A stretch of 64,000 bases of DNA from a virus. Lineage: Duplodnaviria; Caudoviricetes. The position numbers and the translations under genes were made by a program. The stretch is from IMG/VR virus record IMGVR_UViG_3300034073_003276, one strand, 5' to 3'. This document shows, in pieces, positions 9,075-17,044 of this stretch (position 1 is its first letter; every line of letters begins with the position of its first letter). The notes beneath the pieces are model-generated. The model searched no databases. It worked only from the letters and a program-made list of their open reading frames with translations, and was not told the DNA's origin.

Positions 9075-10091
9075 TTATTTATCATTCTTTAGTCCATATG
9101 AAAATTCCTTTTTAGCAATTTCGTCAAGTTTTTTCATTACATCATCAGTAAAATATTCTTCAGGATTTCTTAGAATCTCCTTACCGTAAATTTTCTTACC
9201 ATTGATTTCATATCTACCAGCAACATTTTTCCAAAGACCACCAATTTCACCAAGTTCAAGCAGACCATAATATCTATCCAGACCTCTTTCATCATAATAA
9301 AGACGCACTTCAACATCTTTATTTTCTTTACTTAAACGGGATTTGTGAGTTTTTGCCTTTACTATATTTCCAACAATTTCAGTCCCATCCTTTTCCTTCT
9401 TCTTGCTTAGGAAAATAATTGTAGAAGCAGCATACTTTAATCCAGATCCTCCAGATTGCTCTTGAGTTGGCACATAAGCACCGACAACTTGATATACATG
9501 ATTAGTGACAATCATAGGAATATTTGCTTGCCCCAGTTTTAGCGTAAGCATACGGAAAGCACCTTTAACAAGTTGCGATTTAGTCATATCACGCACCTGC
9601 TTATCATTCAATGCATCAGTAATTTCCTTTTCAGTTGAAAGCATACCCAAAGAGTCTAGAACAAACATACAAGGTTTACGTTCCTCTACTGGTTTTTTCA
9701 TATACAGATCAACTGCCTTGAGTGCTTTGCCACGAAACTCTTCAATAGTGACAACATTTACTACAACAAGTCGTTGTGTATCAACACCACGACTTTCTAA
9801 AAGAGATTTAGTGACAGCAGCCTCAGTGTCAAAGTAGAGACAGTAACCATCGGGATTAGTATCAAGAAAATTCTTAACCACTGCGAGAGAGAAAAAAGTC
9901 TTTCCAGTAGAAGACTCTCCAGCAATAGCAGTAATCTTATTCCCAGATACACCACCAAATATACTACCTGAAACCAGTGCATTAAAAATGTATGAACCAG
10001 TATCAACATAAGTTTCTGTCTCATCAATATCGGAAGCGAGTTTGGTATACTCCCCACCAACCTCCTTTACAATTTCTTTAAGAAAATCCAT
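9075..10091 (-). CDS. uvsX: RecA-like recombinase
   Basis: GESSTGKT, FDTE, LDSLG, SGLKYAAS motifs; ATG at 10091. Confidence 0.96.
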   Translation of the reverse strand: MDFLKEIVKEVGGEYTKLASDIDETETYVDTGSYIFNALVSGSIFGGVSGNKITAIAGESSTGKTFFSLAVVKNFLDTNPDGYCLYFDTEAAVTKSLLESRGVDTQRLVVVNVVTIEEFRGKALKAVDLYMKKPVEERKPCMFVLDSLGMLSTEKEITDALNDKQVRDMTKSQLVKGAFRMLTLKLGQANIPMIVTNHVYQVVGAYVPTQEQSGGSGLKYAASTIIFLSKKKEKDGTEIVGNIVKAKTHKSRLSKENKDVEVRLYYDERGLDRYYGLLELGEIGGLWKNVAGRYEINGKKIYGKEILRNPEEYFTDDVMKKLDEIAKKEFSYGLKNDK

Positions 10092-10228
10092 CACTTTTTC
10101 TCCTGAGTTTGTTTATCTGCATAATTCATTTTAAAGGTCCAAAGTTTCTGATATAGTGCAGTATCTCCACCAAGACGCATTGCATTAATAATTGTATTCA
10201 GTTCTCGCTCATTAATAGGTAATTCCAT
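10091..10228 (-). CDS. Small hypothetical protein (45 aa, MELPINEREL...), not in ORF track
   Basis: Hand-translated; TGATG overlaps at both ends between the polymerase and uvsX. Confidence 0.75.
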   Translation of the reverse strand: MELPINERELNTIINAMRLGGDTALYQKLWTFKMNYADKQTQEKK

Positions 10229-11394
10229 CAGGTAAAAAATAATTCTAGGTTAACAGTTTTTTCTACATTCCATCCAATCGAATCGAGAATGGACTTCAAG
10301 GGTTCTACAAAACTCTTTTCAAATTGTAATTCATAATCAATGTATTTGTCAAGACCAAGTTCCTTTGGAAAATCTTGAATGAATGAAATGATATTCTCTT
10401 GAATGATATTTGGTTTTTTCAAATATATAAACTTAATTTTTTCTCCATTACCAATCAATGAATACTTATTAGTTAATTTTTTCTCTTTTATATAATGATT
10501 AAAAAGAAGTGCTCCACGAATATGGATTGGTGTTTTTTGAGCATAGATTGTGGAAGAAGAATAATACTTACGCACATCAGAAGCAGTTCTTGGAAAGGCA
10601 ATTTGCTCTGGTGGAAGTCTTTTAAATTCCTCCCGACACTTATCAATAAAATTAATCACATCTTCTTCAGTACCATTCATCATCAACTTTAGACCATCTT
10701 TAATCATTTGACGACAAGGTGCTGGAGTAGAAGATTTAACTGCTTCAATACCCATCATTTTCAGTTTAGGTTCTTCATATCGTACACCCTCACTGTCCCA
10801 TACATTGAGAATGTATCGTTTCTTAGCAGTCCAGATTCCACGCTCAGCAATATTCTCACGCTTCATCTGCATCTTCTGATCGTAAGCATTTACATACTCA
10901 GCCAATTCTTCGTAGCAACCTTCAATATACTTTTCAAGTTCCACCTTACAGACCTTATCAAGGAACGAAACAATGCTTTGAGTAGTTTTCTCTCTTCCTT
11001 TGAATATACATTCAACCAAAGGACCCATATTGAGATAGATAGAATCAGTATCTGAAGCAATAACATAATCAATATCCTCCGTTTTAAGAACTTTATTTAA
11101 ATAAGAATTCATCTTATTTTCAATCCAGCGAATAGAAACCTGTCCTGACAAAGTAATTGCTTCAGCATTCGCTAGTTTATAATAACGGAAATACTGATTA
11201 CCAATGGCACCATAGGCAGAGTTAAGTTGAATCTTCCTTGCCATTTGAATATTGTTGCAGCGTGAGATTTCTTTTTCAGCAGAATTTCTTAGTTTAATTA
11301 ACTCTTTATCTGAAAGATTTTTATATTTGTTATCAGAAGAAACAACAATTTCTTTTTGTTTCTCCTCCTTGTTACCACCAATTAAGTAACCCAT
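10228..11394 (-). CDS. gp43B: DNA polymerase B, C-terminal subunit (gp43B)
   Basis: KIQLNSAYG (motif B), SDTDS (motif C), KKRY, GIEAVKSSTP, clamp-binding tail LELFF. Confidence 0.93.
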   Translation of the reverse strand: MGYLIGGNKEEKQKEIVVSSDNKYKNLSDKELIKLRNSAEKEISRCNNIQMARKIQLNSAYGAIGNQYFRYYKLANAEAITLSGQVSIRWIENKMNSYLNKVLKTEDIDYVIASDTDSIYLNMGPLVECIFKGREKTTQSIVSFLDKVCKVELEKYIEGCYEELAEYVNAYDQKMQMKRENIAERGIWTAKKRYILNVWDSEGVRYEEPKLKMMGIEAVKSSTPAPCRQMIKDGLKLMMNGTEEDVINFIDKCREEFKRLPPEQIAFPRTASDVRKYYSSSTIYAQKTPIHIRGALLFNHYIKEKKLTNKYSLIGNGEKIKFIYLKKPNIIQENIISFIQDFPKELGLDKYIDYELQFEKSFVEPLKSILDSIGWNVEKTVNLELFFT

Positions 11395-12863
11395 TACAGA
11401 ATGCCTCTACGCTTCATTTCTTCTTCAACATCGACTAGTTGTTGTTTTGCTGCCAACATTTTTTTCTTATAAACTGTGCGATCTTTATAGATTTTTTCCA
11501 TTAACTCTGGAAGAAATCCACGCACATCTTTGCGATACATTGCACCATTAGCGCATACTGCATAGTCTTTATACATCTCAAAAGTAATTTCTTGATTAAG
11601 AATTCTATCCACTGTTGCAGTTGGATGTCTATCATCAGTGAGAGTCTCAGGACTAATGTTATACATCATCATAAGGTGTGGATATAGAGAATTCAAGTCA
11701 AAACTTACAACCCAATCATACTTTCCGGGAATTGGTTCTTTTACATAAGCACCAGCATACTTAGAATCTTTCTCAGACTTTTCTTTGGGAGGAATTACAA
11801 TATTTCTCTTCTTGAGATAATTGTAAATGATAGTGTCCCACATTCTAACCTGAGAAAATACATCAGCATAGTTTGCCTTAGCATCATATGCCATCGTAAT
11901 TGCCAACTCAATCAGTTTCATCTTGTCTTCCAGGCGGTCAACAAGTTCCACGTCAATAATGTTGTATTCCACAAACTTTTGCCAACCCTTAGTATAGAAG
12001 TCTTTAAAAGTATCAAACTCAGAGTGGTCTAGTTTTTTCTGTCCCAACTCTACACTTGCAATGTAATCAAGTCGATAAGATTCTTGTGCCTTGTAGGTGA
12101 ATTTCTTATAGAGATTAAGATAATCAAGTTGAGTAATACCACCCACATCATAAGAAATATGTTTACGACCAGCAATATATGTTTCCCTTTCAGTCACAAG
12201 ACCCCAAGGAGACATACGCTTCATCAACTTTTCACCAAGAATTCTATCAATTCTACGCACAAGATATGGAATATCATACAATTCACTATTCCATCCAGTC
12301 ACAACCTCTGGAGTATTTGTTTCGATCATCCACCAGTTAATGAAATCATCTAACAATTCACGCTCAGTTCTAAATCCCTTGTAGATGACATTATCCTGTT
12401 TGTTTGTAAATGGACCTTTACCCCAAGTGCGAATCTGTTTAGAAGAATAATCCTGAATAGTGATCAACAATACTTCTTCTGCTGCAGACTCTACATCAGG
12501 GAATCCATTTTCAGATGCCACCTCAATATCCAAAGTTGTAATCTTAACTTTGTTAGTATCGAATTTGATTTCTTCTTCTGGATAGTTTTCTGAAATATAT
12601 TGGTAGATATATCCAGTGTTTCCGTAGATTTTAAAGTTTTCTACACCCTCATATTTTTTAATAAATTCACGACAGTCTCTAACACATCCTGGTTGGACTG
12701 CTTCAACATATTCACCTTCTAGAGTTTGATATTTAGTTTTTTTATTAGAGGGAACAAAAAGAGTCGGGTCAAACTTCTCACGGGTCATAAAGTGTTTACC
12801 ATCTTCATAACCACGGACCAAGAAGTGGTCCCCGACCATTTGCACGTTTGTGTAGAATCTCAT
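11394..12863 (-). CDS. gp43A: DNA polymerase B, N-terminal subunit (gp43A: exonuclease plus motif A)
   Basis: LDIE, GWNSELYDIPY, YNIIDV exonuclease motifs and SFDLNSLYP motif A; ends in TAA overlapping the ATG of gp43B. Confidence 0.93.
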   Translation of the reverse strand: MRFYTNVQMVGDHFLVRGYEDGKHFMTREKFDPTLFVPSNKKTKYQTLEGEYVEAVQPGCVRDCREFIKKYEGVENFKIYGNTGYIYQYISENYPEEEIKFDTNKVKITTLDIEVASENGFPDVESAAEEVLLITIQDYSSKQIRTWGKGPFTNKQDNVIYKGFRTERELLDDFINWWMIETNTPEVVTGWNSELYDIPYLVRRIDRILGEKLMKRMSPWGLVTERETYIAGRKHISYDVGGITQLDYLNLYKKFTYKAQESYRLDYIASVELGQKKLDHSEFDTFKDFYTKGWQKFVEYNIIDVELVDRLEDKMKLIELAITMAYDAKANYADVFSQVRMWDTIIYNYLKKRNIVIPPKEKSEKDSKYAGAYVKEPIPGKYDWVVSFDLNSLYPHLMMMYNISPETLTDDRHPTATVDRILNQEITFEMYKDYAVCANGAMYRKDVRGFLPELMEKIYKDRTVYKKKMLAAKQQLVDVEEEMKRRGIL

Positions 12864-13117
12864 CAGGCAGTCAATTCAAGATACTTTTCAACAATTTCTT
12901 CTTTAGGGTCTACAATAGTAAGTATGCTATCAGAATGAATCATCATTTCTCGTTGGTCAGTTATATCTGGCCAAGGAGTTAAATTTCCTTCAGCATCAAT
13001 CTTAAATGGATTAATCAGTTTACAGTCTGGTTCTCCAAGTTCCGATCCAATTTCAATAATCTCAGTGACGATTACATTATCAACTTTCAGTAAGAGACAT
13101 TTGATTGTTTTGTCCAT
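12863..13117 (-). CDS. Hypothetical Sm-like-fold protein
   Basis: LLLKVDNVIVTEI...KLINPF...PWP pattern, parallels the neighbouring ORF. Confidence 0.55.
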   Translation of the reverse strand: MDKTIKCLLLKVDNVIVTEIIEIGSELGEPDCKLINPFKIDAEGNLTPWPDITDQREMMIHSDSILTIVDPKEEIVEKYLELTA

Positions 13118-13409
13118 TTACCTTTTCCTCATACATTTGTTTAAGTGATTCAATTGGGTCTACCAAAGTTACAACCCAATCCATTGTTACTAGCATTTGC
13201 TTGTCTTCGGTCAATAAGATCCAAGGAGTTAAAGATACTTGAATCTTAGCATCATATTCAGATTCTTCTGATAGTAGAATGCTTCTTTCCGTTAAGACTT
13301 TATATGGATTTTCAAAGATATATCCACAAACTTTTTCTTCTGAAACTAATTCTTTAATGTCAGAAATAACAGTCTCACCAGATTTTAATAGTGCAAGTTT
13401 GATTGACAT
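13080..13409 (-). CDS. Cyanophage Sm-like protein
   Basis: Start MSIKLALLKSGETVISDI (13409), downstream of the promoter; ENPY...LTPW pattern. Confidence 0.6.
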   Translation of the reverse strand: MSIKLALLKSGETVISDIKELVSEEKVCGYIFENPYKVLTERSILLSEESEYDAKIQVSLTPWILLTEDKQMLVTMDWVVTLVDPIESLKQMYEEKVNGQNNQMSLTES

Positions 13410-13430
13410 TTGTATTTTCTCCCTCATCCC

Positions 13431-13459
13431 ATTATAAGGCAAAAAAATGGGGAAGTCAA
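13431..13459 (-). promoter_or_regulatory. Sigma70-type promoter
   Basis: TTGACT-17 nt-TATAAT. Confidence 0.8.
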
Positions 13460-13483
13460 CCTGGATTTTGCCAGAGACTTCCC
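13441..13483 (-). terminator. Terminator hairpin after hsp20, overlapping the -35 box
   Basis: GGGAAGTC...GACTTCCC stem with inner CTGG/CCAG, followed by T-run. Confidence 0.7.
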
Positions 13484-13506
13484 GCGCCGACGATATTCTT
13501 TATTAT

Positions 13507-13947
13507 TTATAGATAATCCTTACGAGCATGGTGCTCTGGCACTACTTTCCCAAGTACGATCCGTAGAAGTCCGTCTTCGAATACAACCTCCCTGACTTCT
13601 GTGTCGTCGGATAGAGTCCACGCTCGTTTAAAACTTCTGCTAGCCACTCCCTTGTGGATAAACGTCCTATCCGATTCGGCATCTGCTTTTTGTCCTTCGA
13701 CAAAAAGTTTTCCATACTCTGTGTATACATTTACCTCTCCTTTTTTGAATCCTGCAAGTGCTAATTCGAGATGAGATTCAACATTATTTATTTGAACTAA
13801 GTTATAAGGAGGATAGTTCGTTGTAGTTTCATGAAGATTGAATAAACGATCAAAGTATTCGTCCATTCCAATACTATTGCGAGTGATTCTTTCCATCAAA
13901 GCAGGAAGATCGGACGCAGTAAACCGTGATGTTGCAAGGTTAGTCAT
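13507..13947 (-). CDS. hsp20: Small heat shock protein (Hsp20/alpha-crystallin)
   Basis: YPPYN, LALAGF, FEDGLLRI motifs; AGGAG RBS before ATG 13947. Confidence 0.95.
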   Translation of the reverse strand: MTNLATSRFTASDLPALMERITRNSIGMDEYFDRLFNLHETTTNYPPYNLVQINNVESHLELALAGFKKGEVNVYTEYGKLFVEGQKADAESDRTFIHKGVASRSFKRAWTLSDDTEVREVVFEDGLLRIVLGKVVPEHHARKDYL

Positions 13948-14023
13948 TATTGTAGCTCCTTTAAAAGCGAGTTTGTGTTTTGTGGACCCTTTCGGCATCC
14001 GTATATAATTATAATACTTTTAT

Positions 14024-14046
14024 AAAAAAAGGGGGTCGTGAGACCC
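14024..14046 (-). terminator. Rho-independent terminator
   Basis: GGGTC-TCAC-GACCC followed by CC and T7. Confidence 0.7.
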
Positions 14047-14070
14047 GTCATTTTTTTATTCGGTTTCTTC
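14027..14070. repeat. Imperfect direct repeat, copy 1 (gene end plus terminator)
   Basis: AAAAGGGGG...ATTCGGTTTCTTC shared with 15188-15228. Confidence 0.6.
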
Positions 14071-15114
14071 CACTTTTTTCACAATAGACTTCCATTTATC
14101 TTCATCGGGATGTGCAAAATCTGTATTTACTTTTGCAGCATCAACTAAAGTAACAGGTCCAAGTGTTTGTGCTCCAGGTCCAGCAATAGAAATCTCTTCA
14201 TTATACTTGTCGATGATACGATGCAGTATCCAACGAGGAGATGCAAATGAAGTAAATCCTTTAACTAAGTTTGCTTGTGTCCAAATATATGGAATTCTTT
14301 TTTGACACCACTCACGAAACTTTCTCTGCTTACCGTTACTCAGACCCTCTTCAATAAATTCTCTAAGAAAACAAATAGCACGGAATGCAGTGCCATGAAT
14401 AAACTTGGCAGGAATGATGTCGATGATACCATTATTACCAGCATATCCATAAATGCTTTTCCAAAACTCATAACCTTCAACAAGAGACAGAGTTCCATCT
14501 TCATCTACAGTATAGTCATCTTTCACACAATAATAAAAATGAGTAAAAGACTTGATAGGAAAAGCATCTGCTTTGTCAGATCCAAATGTGTCAGGTTGTG
14601 CAACAACATTCAGAGATTTCATCACATTCTCAATATGAATTGCAAGAGGGTCATTAAAACAAACTTCAGAGCGAAGGTTGTCAATGGTAGTTAGTTTCTT
14701 GCGCCAAGTGTTAAGGCGATTAAAAACAAGTGCTTCTTTTTCTAGCACGTCCTCGTATGATGAATCTTCATCATGATCTAGGATAGCAAGAGTCAAACCA
14801 CGTTCTTCTTGACTAAGAATAAACTTAGCAACTTTATTCTGACCGTCAATAACACGCTCTCCAGAAAGTTTCTCACCAAGAGATTCTGGACGACGAGATA
14901 CAACAACAGGAACAAGCAAACTATAATCTAATTGCCCATAATGTTGCAATTTGACAGGAGAAATAAGTCTTTGATAATGCCTATCTACTTGAAGAGAAAG
15001 TGCTCGCTTCCTATCGCACTCTTCAATCTTAAGTGGACTGCCAATAGATCCTGGATTTTGGGATAATTTCAATCCCAAGACGATTTCTTCCATCGTCTTA
15101 GTTTTACTAGACAT
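14056..15114 (-). CDS. ParB/DGQHR-like domain protein
   Basis: LQVDRHYQR...VVVSRR...VIDGQNK; start MSSKTK with AGAGG RBS. Confidence 0.6.
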   Translation of the reverse strand: MSSKTKTMEEIVLGLKLSQNPGSIGSPLKIEECDRKRALSLQVDRHYQRLISPVKLQHYGQLDYSLLVPVVVSRRPESLGEKLSGERVIDGQNKVAKFILSQEERGLTLAILDHDEDSSYEDVLEKEALVFNRLNTWRKKLTTIDNLRSEVCFNDPLAIHIENVMKSLNVVAQPDTFGSDKADAFPIKSFTHFYYCVKDDYTVDEDGTLSLVEGYEFWKSIYGYAGNNGIIDIIPAKFIHGTAFRAICFLREFIEEGLSNGKQRKFREWCQKRIPYIWTQANLVKGFTSFASPRWILHRIIDKYNEEISIAGPGAQTLGPVTLVDAAKVNTDFAHPDEDKWKSIVKKVEETE

Positions 15115-15174
15115 GTTACCTCTTTTGGTAATGTTAAAATTACTGCGGACTATTTGCCCATTGCAGTAACAATA

Positions 15175-15202
15175 ATTATACGGCAATAAAAAGGGGGCGT
15201 CA
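15175..15202 (-). promoter_or_regulatory. Sigma70-type promoter embedded in the regA terminator hairpin
   Basis: TTGACG-16 nt-TATAAT within GGGGGC-TTGAC-GCCCCC-TTTT. Confidence 0.7.
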
Positions 15203-15228
15203 AGCCCCCAGTTTCATTCGGTTTCTTC
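15188..15228. repeat. Imperfect direct repeat, copy 2 (regA end plus terminator)
   Basis: See copy 1; both upstream genes end in VEETE. Confidence 0.6.
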
Positions 15229-15654
15229 TACACGTTTCTTCTTGGAACCAATATTATACTTGGTTTCCAAAATCCAATCTCCCTTATCCTTATAAGCAAG
15301 GACTTTGATTTGATTCAAAGGAGCAATGTCCTGAATCTTAGTTACATCAACAATCTCAATCAGACCCCAATCAGCAAGAAGTTGGGCGATACGATTTCGA
15401 CGTTGGACATCATTCACAGTCAGGTTTGCGTGCTTACCGTCAAGAGCAAACAATTCCTTGAAATGCACAAGGAAGTAACGTCCTTGTTTGTGAAGAATAT
15501 GGCACGATTGATAGATTTTCTTTTCCTTTCTTGAAGCCACTCCGATACGGGTCAAAGTCTCACGAACCTTCAAAAAATCATCAGGTTCATTTAGAATCAC
15601 TTCAACCATTTGGTCGGGCGTCCACTTCACTTCAGGTTCTTGAACGACACTCAT
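15214..15654 (-). CDS. regA: Translational repressor RegA
   Basis: FLKVRETLTRIGVAS...CHILHKQGRYFLVHFKELFALDG. Confidence 0.97.
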   Translation of the reverse strand: MSVVQEPEVKWTPDQMVEVILNEPDDFLKVRETLTRIGVASRKEKKIYQSCHILHKQGRYFLVHFKELFALDGKHANLTVNDVQRRNRIAQLLADWGLIEIVDVTKIQDIAPLNQIKVLAYKDKGDWILETKYNIGSKKKRVEETE

Positions 15655-16031
15655 TTTGTTCCTCCAGTTTCAAATTTCGATTTAATAAAAGTAAGTTGTT
15701 CTTTAGTAAGAATCCTCAAAGCCTGTTTTGCCTTTTCATTACTATAACCATAGTATTGTTTGACATAATCAAGATCTTTGATTTTATCTTGTCGGAGCCA
15801 GGGAGAAAATCTCTTCTTTTTCCTCAGACTATTTAGCAAAAAATCATATTGCAGTTTCTTAGAAAGAAAATGATATCGATTCATTTCATTAGCATACATA
15901 ATCGAATCGATGTGTCCTGAGAAACACCGATTGATAATATAAGGAGGATATTCCTTCTCAAGTGAAGGGTCTTCGTCAATTAGATTCTGTTTCGTCTGAT
16001 TGATCGAGTTTAACCAGTCCTTCAATTCCAT
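15651..16031 (-). CDS. gp62: Clamp loader small subunit
   Basis: MELKDWLNSIN...YPPYIINRC...YYGYSNEKA; start corrected to 16031. Confidence 0.92.
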   Translation of the reverse strand: MELKDWLNSINQTKQNLIDEDPSLEKEYPPYIINRCFSGHIDSIMYANEMNRYHFLSKKLQYDFLLNSLRKKKRFSPWLRQDKIKDLDYVKQYYGYSNEKAKQALRILTKEQLTFIKSKFETGGTK

Positions 16032-16848
16032 AATTAAACAGCAATAATTCTTTTCTTTGTTTTTGCTCTCGCATATATTCACCAACTGACCTCATCGTAT
16101 ATGTAAGGTCAAACTCGGTAGCGTTCCAATTCTTGAAACGGTCTTTTACTAATTGGTTTGAATTGTAACTAATGAGTTGGTCCATATCACAAGAATCGCA
16201 ATCAGCAGCAAACTTATCGTGATCAAATCCTTTGTGCATTGATCCTTTGTTCCCATAGAGATTATCCTTAATATCATAAGGAGGATCGAGATACATAAAA
16301 GCACCTTTGTTTCCATCCATCAGATAATCATAGGAGTAATTAGTTATACGCCATTTCTCAATTAGTTTAGAATATTCGGGCAGTTTTTCAATTCCACGAA
16401 CACTAAAGTTACTATTAGATGCTTGCTCAGAAAATGAAGATGATTCGGTCAAACCCGAAAAACTACACTTATTGACAATATAAAAAGCAACGGCACGATC
16501 AAGATTTGAGAGAAGTGGTTCTCTCATAAAAACTTTTGAGTGATAAAACAATACTCTTGCTAAGTCTGGAGTGCTATTCTTAGACTTGTAATCTAGCAAC
16601 TTATCTTTCATATCATTACCAAACATCTGGAGTTGTTGCCAGAAGTTTACCAATGGTTCGTATAAGTCATTAACCCAAATATTCAAGTTAGGATACTTTT
16701 TGGTAATGTGAATTGCTACACTTCCTCCACCCAAAAAGGGTTCACGGAATTCATCATAGTTGCGAAGGTCTGGAAAGTAAGGGTCCATCTTGACGCAAGC
16801 ACGGGACTTGCCGCCAGGGTACCTCAAAGGAGTTTTAAGAGATTTCAT
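15976..16848 (-). CDS. dam: Dam-family (D12 class) N6-adenine DNA methyltransferase
   Basis: PLRYPGGKS, EPFLGGGS, YLDPPY. Confidence 0.92.
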   Translation of the reverse strand: MKSLKTPLRYPGGKSRACVKMDPYFPDLRNYDEFREPFLGGGSVAIHITKKYPNLNIWVNDLYEPLVNFWQQLQMFGNDMKDKLLDYKSKNSTPDLARVLFYHSKVFMREPLLSNLDRAVAFYIVNKCSFSGLTESSSFSEQASNSNFSVRGIEKLPEYSKLIEKWRITNYSYDYLMDGNKGAFMYLDPPYDIKDNLYGNKGSMHKGFDHDKFAADCDSCDMDQLISYNSNQLVKDRFKNWNATEFDLTYTMRSVGEYMREQKQRKELLLFNYGIEGLVKLDQSDETESN

Positions 16849-17044
16849 AATCAGGTTTGTGATACTTCAAATACTCAAAAAATGTGAGTTTCATTTCTTT
16901 CTGCGTCATACCACAATGTTTTGCAGCAGCAGGAAGAGTCATTTTAGCACGAAAGAGACCTTCATTTGCCTCTTTCACATTTTCGGGTGTTGTTTTGACT
17001 GGATGCACTATCAGTGATGCTTTGTTGATTTTATATGGGTTCAT
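16835..17044 (-). CDS. Small HTH-like protein
   Basis: MTLPAAAKHCGMTQKEM pattern; coupled between gp44 and dam. Confidence 0.55.
   Translation of the reverse strand: MNPYKINKASLIVHPVKTTPENVKEANEGLFRAKMTLPAAAKHCGMTQKEMKLTFFEYLKYHKPDYEIS

Noticed and set aside
11380-11410. Intron, intein or programmed frameshift at the gp43 break
   Set aside because: No intervening sequence, no intein termini, no slippery heptamer; the B frame is closed by TAG just upstream
15976-16031. 56-nt overlap of dam with gp62
   Set aside because: Ordinary terminal overlap; both frames are intact
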